Notes: a model not told the origin generated them from the sequence alone. A stretch of 43,407 nt of DNA from Welwitschia mirabilis (GCA_051453625.1 JBOZIK010000001.1:23403812-23447218); one strand, 5' to 3'; positions 25,151-40,400 are shown, counted from the stretch's first letter. Program-made: numbers and translations.

Positions 25151-27269
25151 GTCGCTGCTTTGAACAATCGAAAGAACGTACATATGAAGCATTAGAATTG
25201 CAGACATTCAGGATTATGGTCGAATGTATCAGGAATTGAGGCATAAACGGTGCGGCAGACATCCATTTCGGTTGAACAAACAAATGTAAAGAAGAAAGAA
25301 CGCTTAAATTTGAGATAGGTTATAGTTGCAGTTGCAGGCTTCGGAATCAACATATCCCCTTTAAAAACTCGCAAAAATTCAAGCGATCTCGCTGGCCTTG
25401 CCCTCTCCATGGATTCCGCTGAGATATGGACGACAGACACAGCGCCCACAAGCAGGCCTTCTGTTTCATTTTAAATGGTATACCCATTTTTCATCATTAG
25501 GAATGAGAGATTAGTAATTTGAAAGAAGACTTGTTGAGTGGGCATTGCTCGGTCACTCAATTCCGATTATGTGGGTTGGAAATTCGTCCAATTTTGCACA
25601 GGGGATGTATTTGTGATAAGCTCAAAGAATTGGAATAATAAAGAAAAATTTTAGATATCTATCTTTTCAAAGATGTGGGCATTTTATGAACCCATTATTA
25701 TAAGGATTGAACTTAAAAAATTGACATTTATTAAAATAATGATTTAATTAGATTGAGGCTTTTTATAGTGTCACGGTGACCTCTGAAATCGAGAATGAAT
25801 TTTCATTAGTTGGATTACCACTCCATTATGCTATTATAATTATGAAAGAGTTATTTATGAAAAGTCGTGTCAAACTTGCTAAAATCTTCAGCTTGTTTGG
25901 GTGGATGCAGAACCATGGGTAACCATAGCTAGCTTAAGGGCTTATCACCAAATGTCAAGGTCTCATCTTTCATTCATATCGAAGACCTTCAAACCCATGC
26001 TTAAATGCACTATAAATAAATGGATAAAATCACAAGGAAAATTCCACACTATGTATCTCGAACCCAAGATGTTGAAGCTTATAAAAATAGACATTATACA
26101 CTAGGATTTGATGATTGTACCTCTCCCTAGAAGTAAAACAACTATGATAGTTCAAATGATTGATTTAATGACATCTAAAACCTTCTAATGTGTAAAGAAG
26201 GGTATCTAAAGATTTAAATCTATAAGCTCCTAAATCTAGGATGAGCATCTCACTAGTTGGACTATCACTTCATTAGCAACAATAGAATTACTTGAAGAAA
26301 CAAAATCATTATGGAAACAATTAAAACACCAATTATTCTCAGTATAGAAAACTTAAGCATGTTCATCCAAGTGAGATAAAATAGAGGAATTTATTTAAGT
26401 AAGATTTCTTAAAAGCTATAAATTTTTTAATAGTTTTTTTTAATCTTTTTTTTTCAACTATATCATGGAATGAATTCCAAGATTATACCCTTTCATTTTG
26501 GTTGAGAGGCCAATAACTAGTGGTTGATTTATGTGGGACAAGGAGCATAACATGACTCTTCAACTTCCCAAAGACTTATTAGCTTTCAACTTTTAAGTAA
26601 GCAATGCCTTTCTTCAACTTTCAAAAGACTCTTTAGCTTTCAATTCCCGAGTAAGCAATGCCTCTCTAACATAACATGTGAAAGCCTTTTCATTGATGTA
26701 AAATCACAAAACAAGTGGATTTTAGCACGTCTTCATGGTTAATAACCTTATAGAGGTTGCCAAGCTCCGTGAAAATAAAGATCAAAGTGATACAAAAGCA
26801 ATTAGTCTTGATATTACCCCACTATGTTAAGTTCTATCAAACTTATGGTAAAAGTGGTTTATCTTTCACCTTAAAGTTTTTACATAAAAGTAGTGTAAGT
26901 TGAATGTTCATGTACTAAGTTGAATAATTTCTATGTCTAATCACTTGACATGTTTTTTTCCTATGAATTCTAGTCAATAATTCTTGCTATGTTAAGAATT
27001 AAAGCTAAGGTAAGCATCATTGCAACTACAAATGTTGCCAAGGTTAGCATCATAAGGTTAGCATCATTTCAACTACAAATGTTAAGGGATATTTTACCAT
27101 TAAAGAATAATCATCACTATGGGAAGTTAAACTATACAAAAACTAAAACTTCATTAGAAAGGAGATTCTCATGGTAAATGGTTTGTTTTGGGTAACTAGC
27201 TTAAGATCGTTTCTTTGAGCATTTACTGTAATAAGATAACAGTAAATTACATATGTATGCATGCAACCC

Positions 27270-30200
27270 AAAAAAATCCACTTTGTATTTTCATAACTGA
27301 TAACCACTTTGCATTTTGAAAACCTAACAAATCCATTCCATATATCTAATGTGCATATGTTCAATCCATATTTTTAAATCCTAGACTAAAAATCTAGTGC
27401 ATGCAAGTACTAAAGATAGAAATTTTTAAAACTAGCTTGAAAACCTAATGCACATAAGTAAAATCAACTTCACAATCATCATCGAAGCTTCATTTTTATT
27501 TAGGTATGTAATTTGGTTATTTCTGTGTACGTTTTGGGTATAAGCATGTCAGATATGTGGTGGAATGCATATGAGATGTTTGAGTTGATGGATTACATTA
27601 TACCACACTCACCAATGTGACTAGTCTATTTAGCTAGATGAGAACCCATAAGTGGACCCTGCTGGCCTAAGAGTTAGCACCTAATATCTAGATCTCATTT
27701 GTAATTCACACTCAAGATTTTGAAGGCCATGCCTAGGTATGTCAAGATGTTGAAGCTTTTTACTTATAAACATGGGTTGAACGAACTATGCTATGCAATG
27801 AACTATAAGAAGAAGAACTTTTAATCTTATAACTGTAAAAATATTATATATTGAATAAGGGACATGTATCCATCCCCAAAAAAGAGTTTTATTAAACTGA
27901 GATATTACAGGAGTACAACATAAAGGCACCAAAAGCCTTAAAAAGCCAACATGGTACAAAGTGGAGTAGAAAATTAACTAGAACTAGAGCAAAGATAATA
28001 GATTAGGCATCATGTGCCATAATCATGATAACTAATATACCATTCATTATACTAATGTTATAAACTCTTCATGAGGAAATTCACATCAAGATGGGCTTTG
28101 CCACTTGAGATTGAATCTAAAAATGTTAAATAAGAAATAAAATTATTATAAAATATTTGAAAATAAATAAAACTCTAGATGTTATTCTTATATGTCAAGT
28201 GTGTGAATGGCAATGAGATAAAGATTATGTATTTGCTACATTAAAAGCTCTTAGATATTTTAATCATTTAAATAAATAAATAATAAGAAGCATTAAATGA
28301 TTCATTTATTAAAATAATATTATCTTTATTACATGAGATTTTTTTTAATTATTTATATGACATTGTAATATTTGTTTTTCTTAGCTTTTTATCTAAATTT
28401 GTTTTCATCTTTACTATTATTTGTAATAAACATATTCTTTTATTCTCCATTAAATGAAAAATTCCTTTTCAATTGTGATTAGATTTTTTAAAATTATTTG
28501 ATTGAAAGAAGTAATTGTTTATTTTGATATTATTAAATAAAGTTGTAATTTTGATAATAATCTATATGTCTCATAATAATATAAACTTTCTATCAACTTT
28601 GTTATATGTGTAAAGAGTCTCCTAATGAATGATTCATCTAATTAAACTCTATGAATGATATTAATTAACTTAATAAAGAATATTAGTTTACCACATAATT
28701 TTCTTAAGAATATTAATCATATAATTTTAAAAATGTTGAATTAAAAAGATGTATTTAATTAAAAATGTTTAATTGTCTTCTTGGAGGCATCCTAACAGTA
28801 TAGCAATTCTCTCGTGACTTTATGATTATAAGTTCAATTCTTTAAAGTAGTCTTTTAATTAATAAAAAATAAATATAAATAAATAAACTAAAAAAATTAA
28901 GAAATGACTATGAGGATTGATCTACGAGTATATTTATAGTAATAAGCACCATAAAATATTATTTAAAATAAAAAAAGATCTATTTCGTAAATTCAAAAAT
29001 AGAAAACCATTTTATATTTTGAAAACACAAAAAATCCATTCCATGTGTTCAATGTACATATGTTCAAGCCATATTTTTTGAAACCTATGTTAAAAAGCTA
29101 GTACATGCAACCAAATTGAAAAGCCAATGCATGCAACTACTCTACACAAAATTTTTGAAACCAAAATTGTAAAGCTAGTGTATGTAAGTTAAACCGATTT
29201 CATAATCATCATGGAATATTTGTCTTTATTTGGGTGCATAAATTTGTCATATTTGTATATGTTCTATAATGAGGCATGTAAAATATCTGGTTTAATGCAT
29301 AAGACATGATGGATATAATGAACAATGTAAATAATAAGGGAAGTGAAGTTAAAAGAAAGGTGAGAGAATAGTTGAACAAACTTGCAGCAAATATTATTGT
29401 ACATATTAAGTTGAGTAGCTGCTTTGATGAAGGAAGTACATATTGAGTCTTAAAGAAGATATGATAAAGAAGCAGATTTTTACCCCCCTAAAGAAACTAA
29501 TTTATGTAAAATCATACAATGCTCATAACATTACTAGTTTATGTAGTTGAGTGAAAACCCATCGATGGCCCTTGCTAACCTGGGAGTTGATTACTAAATG
29601 TCTACATTTCCCTTATCATTCATACTTGACATGTTGATGCTTATGCATGAATGCATCTTAAACACATAGATAAGATTTATAAAACAACAAACAAATTTTA
29701 GGATTTAATCCTATGTTAAAGCTCTTAACTTACAAACATGAGTTAAATCAACTATGATATGCATTGAGCTCTAAGAAGCAACATTCTTAATTTTATAAAG
29801 TACAAAAATATCATATATTAGATAAGAAATGAAAATATTATAAAACATTTAAAATAAATAAGATCCACATGTCATTCTCTGTGTCAAGTGTTTGAATGAC
29901 ACTTAGATGAAGATTACTTGTTCGTACATTGGAAGCTCTTAGATATTTTAATAGATTATTTATTTAAATGAATAAATTAAAAGTATTAAATAATTCATTT
30001 ATTTTTATTACATGAGAAATTATTTTTTATTATTTACACAATACTTCAATATTTATGCTCTCATAGATTTCTATTTAAATTTGTTTTCATCTTTTGCTAA
30101 AATGTATTTTCATGGTTTTTCATAAAAAATAATTATTTTATTTCTTATTAAATGAAAACTTCTTTTCCACTTTGAATTAGGTTTTTTAAATTAATTTGTT

Positions 30201-30540
30201 TAAAAGATGATTTTATGTTTTAATATAATTAAATTAAAATGTAATTTTGTTAGCAAATTAGATGTGTCATAATAATATGAACTTTCTATCAACTTTTTAT
30301 ATGCATAATAACTCTCATGATCAATGATTCATGTCATTAGACTTTATGAATGATATTAGTTAAATTATTATGAAATATTAATTAACTATATAATTTCTTT
30401 TTTGAAAACACTAGTCATATAATTTTAAAAATTATGAATTAAAAAGATGTATTTAGTTAGAATGTTTCATTAAGTTATGACTATAAAAATTGATCTGTAC
30501 ATGTCTTTATTAGTAATGAAAATGATAAAATATTATTAAT
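27270..30540 (+). repeat. Diverged tandem duplication of a ~1.6-1.7 kb AT-rich unit (~27270-28970 and ~28971-30540)
   Basis: Collinear matches: AAATCCATTCCAT..ATATGTTCAA.CCATATTTTT (27329/29033), CAAGTGT.TGAATG (28196/29885), AACTTTCTATCAACTTT (28584/30280), GAATTAAAAAGATGTATTTA (28738/30436) and ATAAAATATTATT (28951/30525). Confidence 0.85.
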
Positions 30541-31097
30541 CATATAATTTAACTACTGAAATTAACCTACGAAGTTACCTCATAAGATATATAATTAAAT
30601 CTTTAACATGCATTGTAATAATTATCAAATTATTTATAAATCTATACATCTTATTTCATTTTACATATCTAGTTCTTAATAGCTTTAGAAACATTTAAGG
30701 CCATACCTTAGTGTAGGTTTGTATAAAAGATCATTAATGTTTGTATTCTTTGATTACATATATCCCTTATTTTATGGTTGTTTAATATGAAAATTAGTTG
30801 GCATATAACATTAATTTGGATTTCTTAATTAGAAAAATGCATTTGTAGTTTAAACAAATTAACTTATTGGAAAGATCTTCTACTAAAATATAAACTAAAT
30901 TAATTAATATTTTAAACCTTTAATTCATCTAAATTTTAAATTCTTTTGTTTATTTTAGATAAAATTCCTTGTTGTTCTTCTTTCTAATGAAATCCATAAG
31001 TTTTCTTTATTTCATTTCCATGGGAACACAAGCGTGATCAAGATCATGATCTTGAGTTTTATTTAAATCTATATTTGAATTAAGACATGATTTCTAT

Positions 31098-34000
31098 TGA
31101 TGACTCTTATTTCATAAACCTTATGAAGAATCCTTCTAATAATTTATGATATAAAACTTCTAAAATCAACTAGAAACCTTTAAAGATGATGTGCAATACC
31201 ATAAGAAACCTAGATAAATGCTTAGAAAACTAATGAAAGGCTAAGGAATGGTCTAAGAAACGGTGGAAGAAGAAGGATAATTTAAGTGTATGCCTATACA
31301 TAAATAGGAAGGGCAAAGGATATCAAAGGAAGACTTGAGGTAGGTAAGACCTCCAAGATGAAAGGAAACCTATAAGAAGAATTTGAAGCTCAATAAAGAT
31401 GATCACAAGAAAACCAAATGTGCAGATAATAAATCCTTTTTCTAACATAGTTCGCACTCCCTAACTGATCTAGAGCATTATGAATTAAATGTAGAATGAT
31501 GGATGATCAGTAGATCAGAGGATGAAGAAAAGACTATTATCCACCTGGTTGTCTGACTGATACTTAGGAGGATGATCAACAGGATCAATAAATAGAGAAA
31601 TTAGGTTTCTACTAACAGTTGTCCACCTTGTCATCCAAATGACACTCTAGAGGATGATAGCCATTGGAGTAGCCAAATCACATTTTAAAGATAATTCTAG
31701 AAGCTAATAGAATGCACCATCAAATTCAACCTCTTTGGAAGATACAAGGATGTGTCAATTAAGACAATTGTCATGATCAAGTTTAGGAGAATGTCGATCC
31801 TAAGTAATGAACTTACAAAACATGGAGAAAGATTAATTCTAGTAGGAAAAAGCTTCATATGCCAAGATGAAAGCCAATTATGACATAAGAAAGTAAAGAA
31901 AATTAAAGATGAGCTATCATCCACCTATCATCTGGACGACACTCAGAGAATGAAAAACAGTATAAAGAAGCAAAAACATCATTTTTCATTAGCAGGCATC
32001 CACCTGATCATTTGAATAATACCTTGGATGATACCAAAAGCATGAAACTCAACTATCACTTGGAAGGAACATGGAGGACAACAAAACATTAGAAGAAGAG
32101 CTTAACTATCGTCCACCATGTCATCTAGACGACACCCAAGTAGATGACAATTATAATGAATATAAAACAAACTTCATCGATTATGAAATCATTGATATGA
32201 TTGCCTCTAGCCTATTACAACTCTTTAGTGATCCTAANNNNNNNNNNNNNNNNNNNNNNNNNNNNNNNNNNNNNNNNNNNNNNNNNNNNNNNNNNNNNNN
32301 NNNNNNNNNNNNNNNNNNNNNNNNNNNNNNNNNNNNNNNNNNNNNNNNNNNNNNNNNNNNNNNNNNNNNNNNNNNNNNNNNNNNNNNNNNNNNNNNNNNN
32401 NNNNNNNNNNNNNNNNNNNNNNNNNNNNNNNNNNNNNNNNNNNNNNNNNNNNNNNNNNNNNNNNNNNNNNNNNNNNNNNNNNNNNNNNNNNNNNNNNNNN
32501 NNNNNNNNNNNNNNNNNNNNNNNNNNNNNNNNNNNNNNNNNNNNNNNNNNNNNNNNNNNNNNNNNNNNNNNNNNNNNNNNNNNNNNNNNNNNNNNNNNNN
32601 NNNNNNNNNNNNNNNNNNNNNNNNNNNNNNNNNNNNNNNNNNNNNNNNNNNNNNNNNNNNNNNNNNNNNNNNNNNNNNNNNNNNNNNNNNNNNNNNNNNN
32701 NNNNNNNNNNNNNNNNNNNNNNNNNNNNNNNNNNNNNNNNNNNNNNNNNNNNNNNNNNNNNNNNNNNNNNNNNNNNNNNNNNNNNNNNNNNNNNNNNNNN
32801 NNNNNNNNNNNNNNNNNNNNNNNNNNNNNNNNNNNNNNNNNNNNNNNNNNNNNNNNNNNNNNNNNNNNNNNNNNNNNNNNNNNNNNNNNNNNNNNNNNNN
32901 NNNNNNNNNNNNNNNNNNNNNNNNNNNNNNNNNNNNNNNNNNNNNNNNNNNNNNNNNNNNNNNNNNNNNNNNNNNNNNNNNNNNNNNNNNNNNNNNNNAT
33001 TCTTTTAAACTACTTTATGATTTTCATTATAGTTTATGTTAATTGCATTTAAGTAGTAGTTATTTGTAATTGATATAGATTATGAGGACCAACTTAGATG
33101 ATAACAAGTTGATGCAGTTGGGTGGGATTTGTATTTAGGTTGCATCCATCTTTACATGCTGCATCATTACATTTCCATTAATTTATCATTCTAAAGTTAT
33201 AATAGTAAATCATTTCAATTTCTTTCTTTTTTATTACCATAATCTTCTAACTAACAGCTTATAATTCNNNNNNNNNNNNNNNNNNNNNNNNNNNNNNNNN
33301 NNNNNNNNNNNNNNNNNNNNNNNNNNNNNNNNNNNNNNNNNNNNNNNNNNNNNNNNNNNNNNNNNNNNNNNNNNNNNNNNNNNNNNNNNNNNNNNNNNNN
33401 NNNNNNNNNNNNNNNNNNNNNNNNNNNNNNNNNNNNNNNNNNNNNNNNNNNNNNNNNNNNNNNNNNNNNNNNNNNNNNNNNNNNNNNNNNNNNNNNNNNN
33501 NNNNNNNNNNNNNNNNNNNNNNNNNNNNNNNNNNNNNNNNNNNNNNNNNNNNNNNNNNNNNNNNNNNNNNNNNNNNNNNNNNNNNNNNNNNNNNNNNNNN
33601 NNNNNNNNNNNNNNNNNNNNNNNNNNNNNNNNNNNNNNNNNNNNNNNNNNNNNNNNNNNNNNNNNNNNNNNNNNNNNNNNNNNNNNNNNNNNNNNNNNNN
33701 NNNNNNNNNNNNNNNGATGTAAATAAGTTTACTTTATCCTTTTATGAAAATGCAAAAGAATGCTTATTCAAATCAAGCATCGATAAGAGAAGCAATTTTT
33801 AGCCAAATAATTAAATAAGGCTTAGTAGACTTTAATTCAAAAACTTAAGGTGAGAAAGTTTCATTTAAATTTAGAAGACAGGAAGACAATTATTCCACTT
33901 TTTACATTTCTAAAAGTAATTTACCTATTCCTTAAAGTAATTTGATTAAACCATNNNNNNNNNNNNNNNNNNNNNNNNNNNNNNNNNNNNNNNNNNNNNN

Positions 34001-35700
34001 NNNNNNNNNNNNNNNNNNNNNNNNNNNNNNNNNNNNNNNNNNNNNNNNNNNNNNTTATCATTCTAAAGTTATAATAGGAAATCATTTCAATTTCTTTCTT
34101 TTTGATTACCATAATCTTCTAACTTCCAGCTTAGAATTCCTCTTTAGAATATGAAATTTGGGTTGAATCCCATATACTAGAGTGTTTTGTATGAGTTTAT
34201 TAAGAATTAAAGGTATTAAAGCTAAAGGATTCATTATAAGAAAATACAAAACCAATCACATGATTTACACCCCAACAAATTGGCACCATTATGAGGGAGG
34301 AGTTCAAAGAAGTCTGAAAGGTTGATCTGCACTATTCAAGTACGTAAATTGATTTCAAGATGTTTACTTGTGTAGTATGTAAATATAATTTTTCTTCTTT
34401 TTAGATTAGTTTACACTTTTACTTTCTTAGTTTAAATTGGTTTTGAATTTCTATTGATTTTTATTTTTATTTATAATTAAATATTATTATTACTTTTAAA
34501 AAATTTAATTTGCACTTTACATTATATCCACTGTTAGTATAACCTCCTTCTTATACTTCGTGTGATCTGGAAGGAATTTTTCCACTTGGATGTAAATAAG
34601 TTTACTTTATCCTTTTATGAAAATGCAAAGGAACGCTTATTCAAATCAAGCATTAGTAGGAGAAACAATTGTTTAGCCAAATAATTAAAGAAGGCTTAGT
34701 AGAATTTAATTCAAAAACTCAAGGTGAGAAAGTTTCATTTCAATTTAGAAGACAGGAAGACAGTTATTTCACTTTTCACATTTCTAAAAGTAATTTACCT
34801 ATTCCTTAAAGTAATTTGATTAAACCATCTTCCTCTTCAAATCCTATTTTTCAAACATTTTTTCCTTCTAAACATCTAAAAATATCTATTTTTGCTTCTA
34901 CTCTCACTTCTACCTTAACTCTCAAGGAACTAATAGCTCAAAGGGAAAGAAAAAAAAAGGAGAGATTCAAAACCCCTTTGACCTATCTAGTGGAGATGAT
35001 GTGGAACTCAAAAACTTGTAAGCCTATCCTACCTTCTTAGGAGACTATGAAGAAGATCCTTTTTAACACATAGTTGAAATAGAACAACTCATTCTTATCT
35101 TAAGAAATGGGAAAAAGAACGTAATTGATATGATTTAGATGATCATTTTTCCTTTCACCCTTAGAGGTAAAGCTAAAAATTGGTTGAAAATTATCACATA
35201 TAAAACCCTTAAAACTGGGAGCCAAGTTCAAGATGTCTTCATAAAAATATTCATGAGTGAAGCAATCATGAAAAAAAATAAAAACACAAATCACTAACTT
35301 TGCATAATAATCTCATGAGGATTATGCTATAACTTNNNNNNNNNNNNNNNNNNNNNNNNNNNNNNNNNNNNNNNNNNNNNNNNNNNNNNNNNNNNNNNNN
35401 NNNNNNNNNNNNNNNNNNNNNNNNNNNNNNNNNNNAATAAAAACACGAATCACTAACTTTGCATAATAATCTCATGAGGATTATGCTATAACTTATAAGA
35501 TATTTTTAATTGCTACATCATCCAATTTTATAGATGAATTTTTAAGAGTAGAACTTGTTAACTACTTCTATAGTGGATTGAATAGCCAAACCAAGCAACT
35601 AGTAGATTTTGCATGTGGGGGAAATCTACTCAACTTAACTATGGAGGATGATTAAAAAATTTTAGAAGGATCGGTAGAAAGTAGTCAAACATGACCTAAA
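31098..35700 (+). mobile_element. Athila-like Ty3/gypsy 5' part: LTR ending CA at 34276-34277, decayed PBS at ~34280-34298, gag remnant at ~35000-35700
   Basis: CCAACA-AAT-TGGCACCATTATGAGGGA resembles the Athila PBS TGGCGCCGTTGCCGGGGA. Gag motifs IFPFTLRGKAKNW (~35145) and ELVNYFYSGLNSQTKQLVDFACGGNL (~35550-35630). The LTR start (TGATGAC at 31098) is tentative, and the region is broken by gaps. Confidence 0.7.
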
Positions 35701-38700
35701 CCAACCTTCACAGAAGGCAGAATTATAGGAAAAATGTTTAAAGACATCAAGAAAGTACAACATGAAGAACAACCAAACCTTAACAACCTAATTCAAGATC
35801 TTACTAATACATTAGAAACTTATACTATGAAAGCTTCTTTCTTCAACCTAAGTCAATCCATTGACATACAATAATTAGATATTTTAAATATTCCTTATTG
35901 GAATCTTACTCTAAAGAAAACTAATCTAGAAACTTAAAGGATAAATAGGTAAATATTCAATTCTAAATTTATTAAGAGAATCCAAATTCAAACATCGTAA
36001 ACCCTAAATAAATGCTTTTTACAGATAAATGAGCTTCTGTCCAAGCTTACACTTTAGTTGCTAAAACCCTGATCATTAAGATGAATCAAGTCTTAATAAA
36101 TGAAGTTCTCATATAATTGATAGTCCTAAATTTTCTCCTACTTGCACTCTTGTAAGATTTGTGAAAAAAATGAAATATCTGTAAATCAGAATTTTGATAT
36201 CTTAAAAAATAGTTTAAAGATCACTGAAAATAACGAAAAGCTAATATAGAAATAGACACTCCAATATAGATGGAACTTGAAAACCCTCAAATTTCATTTA
36301 TCATAAAGAAAATAGTTTTACAAGATGCCTTTTCTTTCTTTATTAGGATCTTTAAACACTTAAGAAGAGGAAAGAGAGAGTTGTAATAGTGATCATAGTA
36401 TTCGATCCACTTGGCTATTATAAAGAATTTAGTCTTAGACACATGGCAAGTTTCATGAGTCAACTAGAACATTATATATACAATAAACTTTAGTGTATAT
36501 AATGTTTGTTCCATAGTAATTAAGGAAAGGAATATTTCTTTATAAAGGTATTATTCTATTCTAAACATCTTTGGTAGAAAATTGTAATTTCTTTCCAAAC
36601 TAAATGATTCTTAGATCTCTTCATATCCCTTAACTCAATGCTGCTCCTATTTTTCATTAAAATCTCTTTTGCATAATAAAAATATCATCCATAAGTTCAT
36701 CATAAAATTCCATTTCATAATATTAAGATTTGGGCATTAATAATCAAATTCAGGAAATAATTGATCATATAATAATAAGAAAAACTTCCCTTTTTCCTAC
36801 TCTTACACCATTCCTTAGCATAGTTCTTTGACAGTCCTTGTTAAAGGTTAGATTGTATAACATTTGAACTAGTGGTGGTAATATCTTTTCTTCATGTTCA
36901 TAGGAATTGAATTTCATTAGATGGCATAGCTAAACATTAAATAAACATCATATAAAAATATATTGTAGTGATGATTTACAATGTAAAACAATGTCCTACA
37001 GTAATACTTAGAATTTAGACTCCTAAGAATTGACTATTAGGCCATGTGAAATAAACATTATACAATTTCCAATAGTCTATATAATCATAGCTAACCTCTC
37101 ATCTGAAAGAGATATAATTACAAAATGTTCTTGTCAATATGACATATTGCTACTAATTCCAAAAACACTATTTGAAATAACTGCTAAAAGAAACAAGTAA
37201 ACTGCATAAGATTTATCTGTTTCTTATTTAAAAAAAAAAAAACCTTAAAATTAGAAGGTTCTCCTATGGGATTGTCTAAGCATTTTCAATTCTCCCATTA
37301 AACCTTGAATGCCTAGTTTTTGTGCAATGGCTCATAGAATCATATTCTATTGTTTAAGCGTATTTTTGCATTTCTTAATTTCTTTTGCTCAATCATATTT
37401 GACCTGCTCTAGTCCTTTTGTCAGACCATCTAATTTTGTAGAGAGCTGCTTCCACTATTTTTCTATAGTTCTAGTATTCAGAGAGTTTGTTGATGTCATT
37501 CCTGTAACTACACTTACTAGAGTATGTTATTTTAGTTTTTTTGGTCCCTCAACTATGAATCTAAAAGAATTTAGCAGATTATCATCAAATGTCATTGAAT
37601 CAATTCGTGTCCTTATATCTTAAAGAGAAACATTATGTTCTCTAAAAATTTGGTTTAACAAGCATGGAAATAACAATTGATTTTGCTTCTTAAATAATAA
37701 AACTTCTTTAATTCTTGTAAAAATAAATTAAGGAAGGTTTACTGTTTTCTTTACTTTAGAATTCAAGGAAACTTCTATATGATATATCATTGCAGAGAAA
37801 TGATGGAAGACTCTTGAAATATTTTGTGTCAATCATTGCAAAATCATTCATCATATAGGAGTAAAAACATTCCATTTCAATCCTTGTAATTCAATTATTA
37901 CCTTTTTTTATGATATTTGTTTTATTGATTTTTGTAATTACTTTTATTTTGTTTCACAGTGAGTGATTTTTTTAACTAATAATCCTGTCTTAGATACACT
38001 AGTAACATGATAGATAATCTGAGAAGAGACACGTATCTTCATTTCATTTATAACTGCTCAAATCTTTGCCTACATCTCGAGTTTATCATTCATTTCCTCA
38101 TAAGTTTTCATATTAACATAAAATTGTTTGATTTCTAAAGGAATAAAACTTTCTTCTACCTTAACTACATAGGTCTAGTTCATTTTTTTTTAGTTCGTAG
38201 AAAATATTGGTTCATAGTTTCTAAAATTTTGGCATCAAATCTATTTATTCAATAAACACCCAATTCTAAATTTCAAGTAATCACTACTATTATTGTTCAG
38301 TCAATTGTAATTATGATCCATGTTGAGATTCTAATTCTATAGCAGAAGTTTAATGTTTTTCTACAATCTCTCTAATTTCTCTAGTGCATTTGAGGAAATT
38401 GTTAGGGACTGAGGATTGTGCTTCATACTTGGTTTTTGTTTTCTTGATTTATTTATCAATTTCAGTTCTCCTTTTCTTAAATACTTGTGCCTTTTCGAGT
38501 GTTTTTTATAAAAATTTTTAGCTATTTTTGATTAGGATGAGGCTGGCATAATAATGTCTCTTGTCTTCCCTTTGCTAGTTGCTCAAATCTTTCTCTTTGA
38601 TGTCTTAGGGGTTTTATTTGTTTTTGTAGTCTCAAGACTCTTACTAGTTTATGGTTGTGTTGTAGCCTTTCTGCAAATGAATGCTTCTTTCAATTGATCT

Positions 38701-40245
38701 CTCAATCTCTCTGCTATTATAGGTTCTATAGTTGCCTTTGTGATAGAGTGACATGTCTATCTTTATTCCCTTGTTTCATTTTCACTTTTTTTTTGGATTT
38801 TCTTTGCTTTTGAAATTTTTCTCTTGCTAATTTTTCATTCTTAATTCTATTCTATCCTTAACTCTATTTGTTATTCTTGGTGTTTTCATGTTCAAGCTCA
38901 CAAATACCAATATTTTATTAAACCAATGTCTCATATTCACTTGTTGTAATGCACAAATTAAGAAAATGCAGAGTGAAGTTTGAATAAAAGCATAATAGGT
39001 AAAAAAAATACATAATACATAGAATGTGAGACACATGAAATAGAATGTAAAGTATTAAAAAAATAATGTGAAGCATATGAAAATAGATGGGAATTAAGCA
39101 AGTAAGCCTCATTCTTATTAGAAGTATGCCTATTAAAAAGAAGAATAAAAAAGAAATGTACTTGACATATAAAAAAAATGGTATTGTGACACCTCTACTT
39201 ATGATGAAGAAAGCAACATTGAGGCATTATCAAAGAATGGTTTATTTAAATGAAGAGGACTATTGTCCTTTTGTTTCAAAGAAATCTATTTATATGTAAA
39301 GGGATACGTATTACTAATACATGTGACAGTGACTACTTTGAGAAAAAGAAAAAGGATTAATGTATATGTAAATATTCTTATTCTTTAAAAGATAGCCATG
39401 TGAAAACCTTAACTTAGTAGATAAACATTGTATGTACAATGTTTATTCTAGCTCTATAACTAATTAAATACCTGATACCATTCAGGAAAACTTAGGAAGG
39501 ACTTTATATGATAAAAAGTTAATTCTAAAGTTTTTTTGAGGCAAGCAATAATTGCATCCTAATGTCATTGATTTTTTTCCCAAAATTTTGATGTTTTCTT
39601 ATGCTTAATATTCATGAATCATGCCCTTCGATATCCTAATAAAGTTATGGAGTGGAATCAATTATTGCTAGTGGATGATGCACTCATTATTTAGATGAAT
39701 GATCAAATGCACTTATTATTTAGATGAATGATCAATACTAATAGTTAATTATACCCACTAATTGATTAGTAATTAAATAATAAGATTTATAGATGCTAAA
39801 GATATTATAACATACTAGAACAAGTTCAACCATTGAAATTGTGCTTTAAATGACCCTTAAATATAATAAGAGAAACTTTAAAGATAGGTAGTTCTAGTTT
39901 GAAGACAACAAAGAGAATGATGAAAATAGGCGCCATTAAAATTGTAGACTCTAGTAGGCTTAAGTGGTAATTTAACTCTCACATCTCCACAATAGGTGTA
40001 TTACCCAAATAAAGTAATAGACTTTTAGCCTACTGTGCTCCCAGTGGATGATACAACATTAGTTTGAACCTTGAAATTCCTCCTCATAGAGTTTTAAACC
40101 ACATAATTAACATTCATAAATGTTAAAGCACTAGAACACATTAGACAATTCAAAATTAGAATTCTAGATAGTAGCTCTAGAAGAACCAAATTGTCATGAT
40201 GAGATTTGATAATACTGATCATGAATTGTATGCACCTAATGCTTT

Positions 40246-40400
<155 letters not shown>

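Noticed and set aside
25079-25449. N-terminal extension from 25207 and ORF 25192-25449 as extra exons
   Set aside because: A TATA box lies at 25150-25144, downstream of these starts, and the ATG at 25078 directly opens a signal peptide-like sequence.
32071-33052. 323-aa and 283-aa ORFs
   Set aside because: Artefacts of translating through N gaps.
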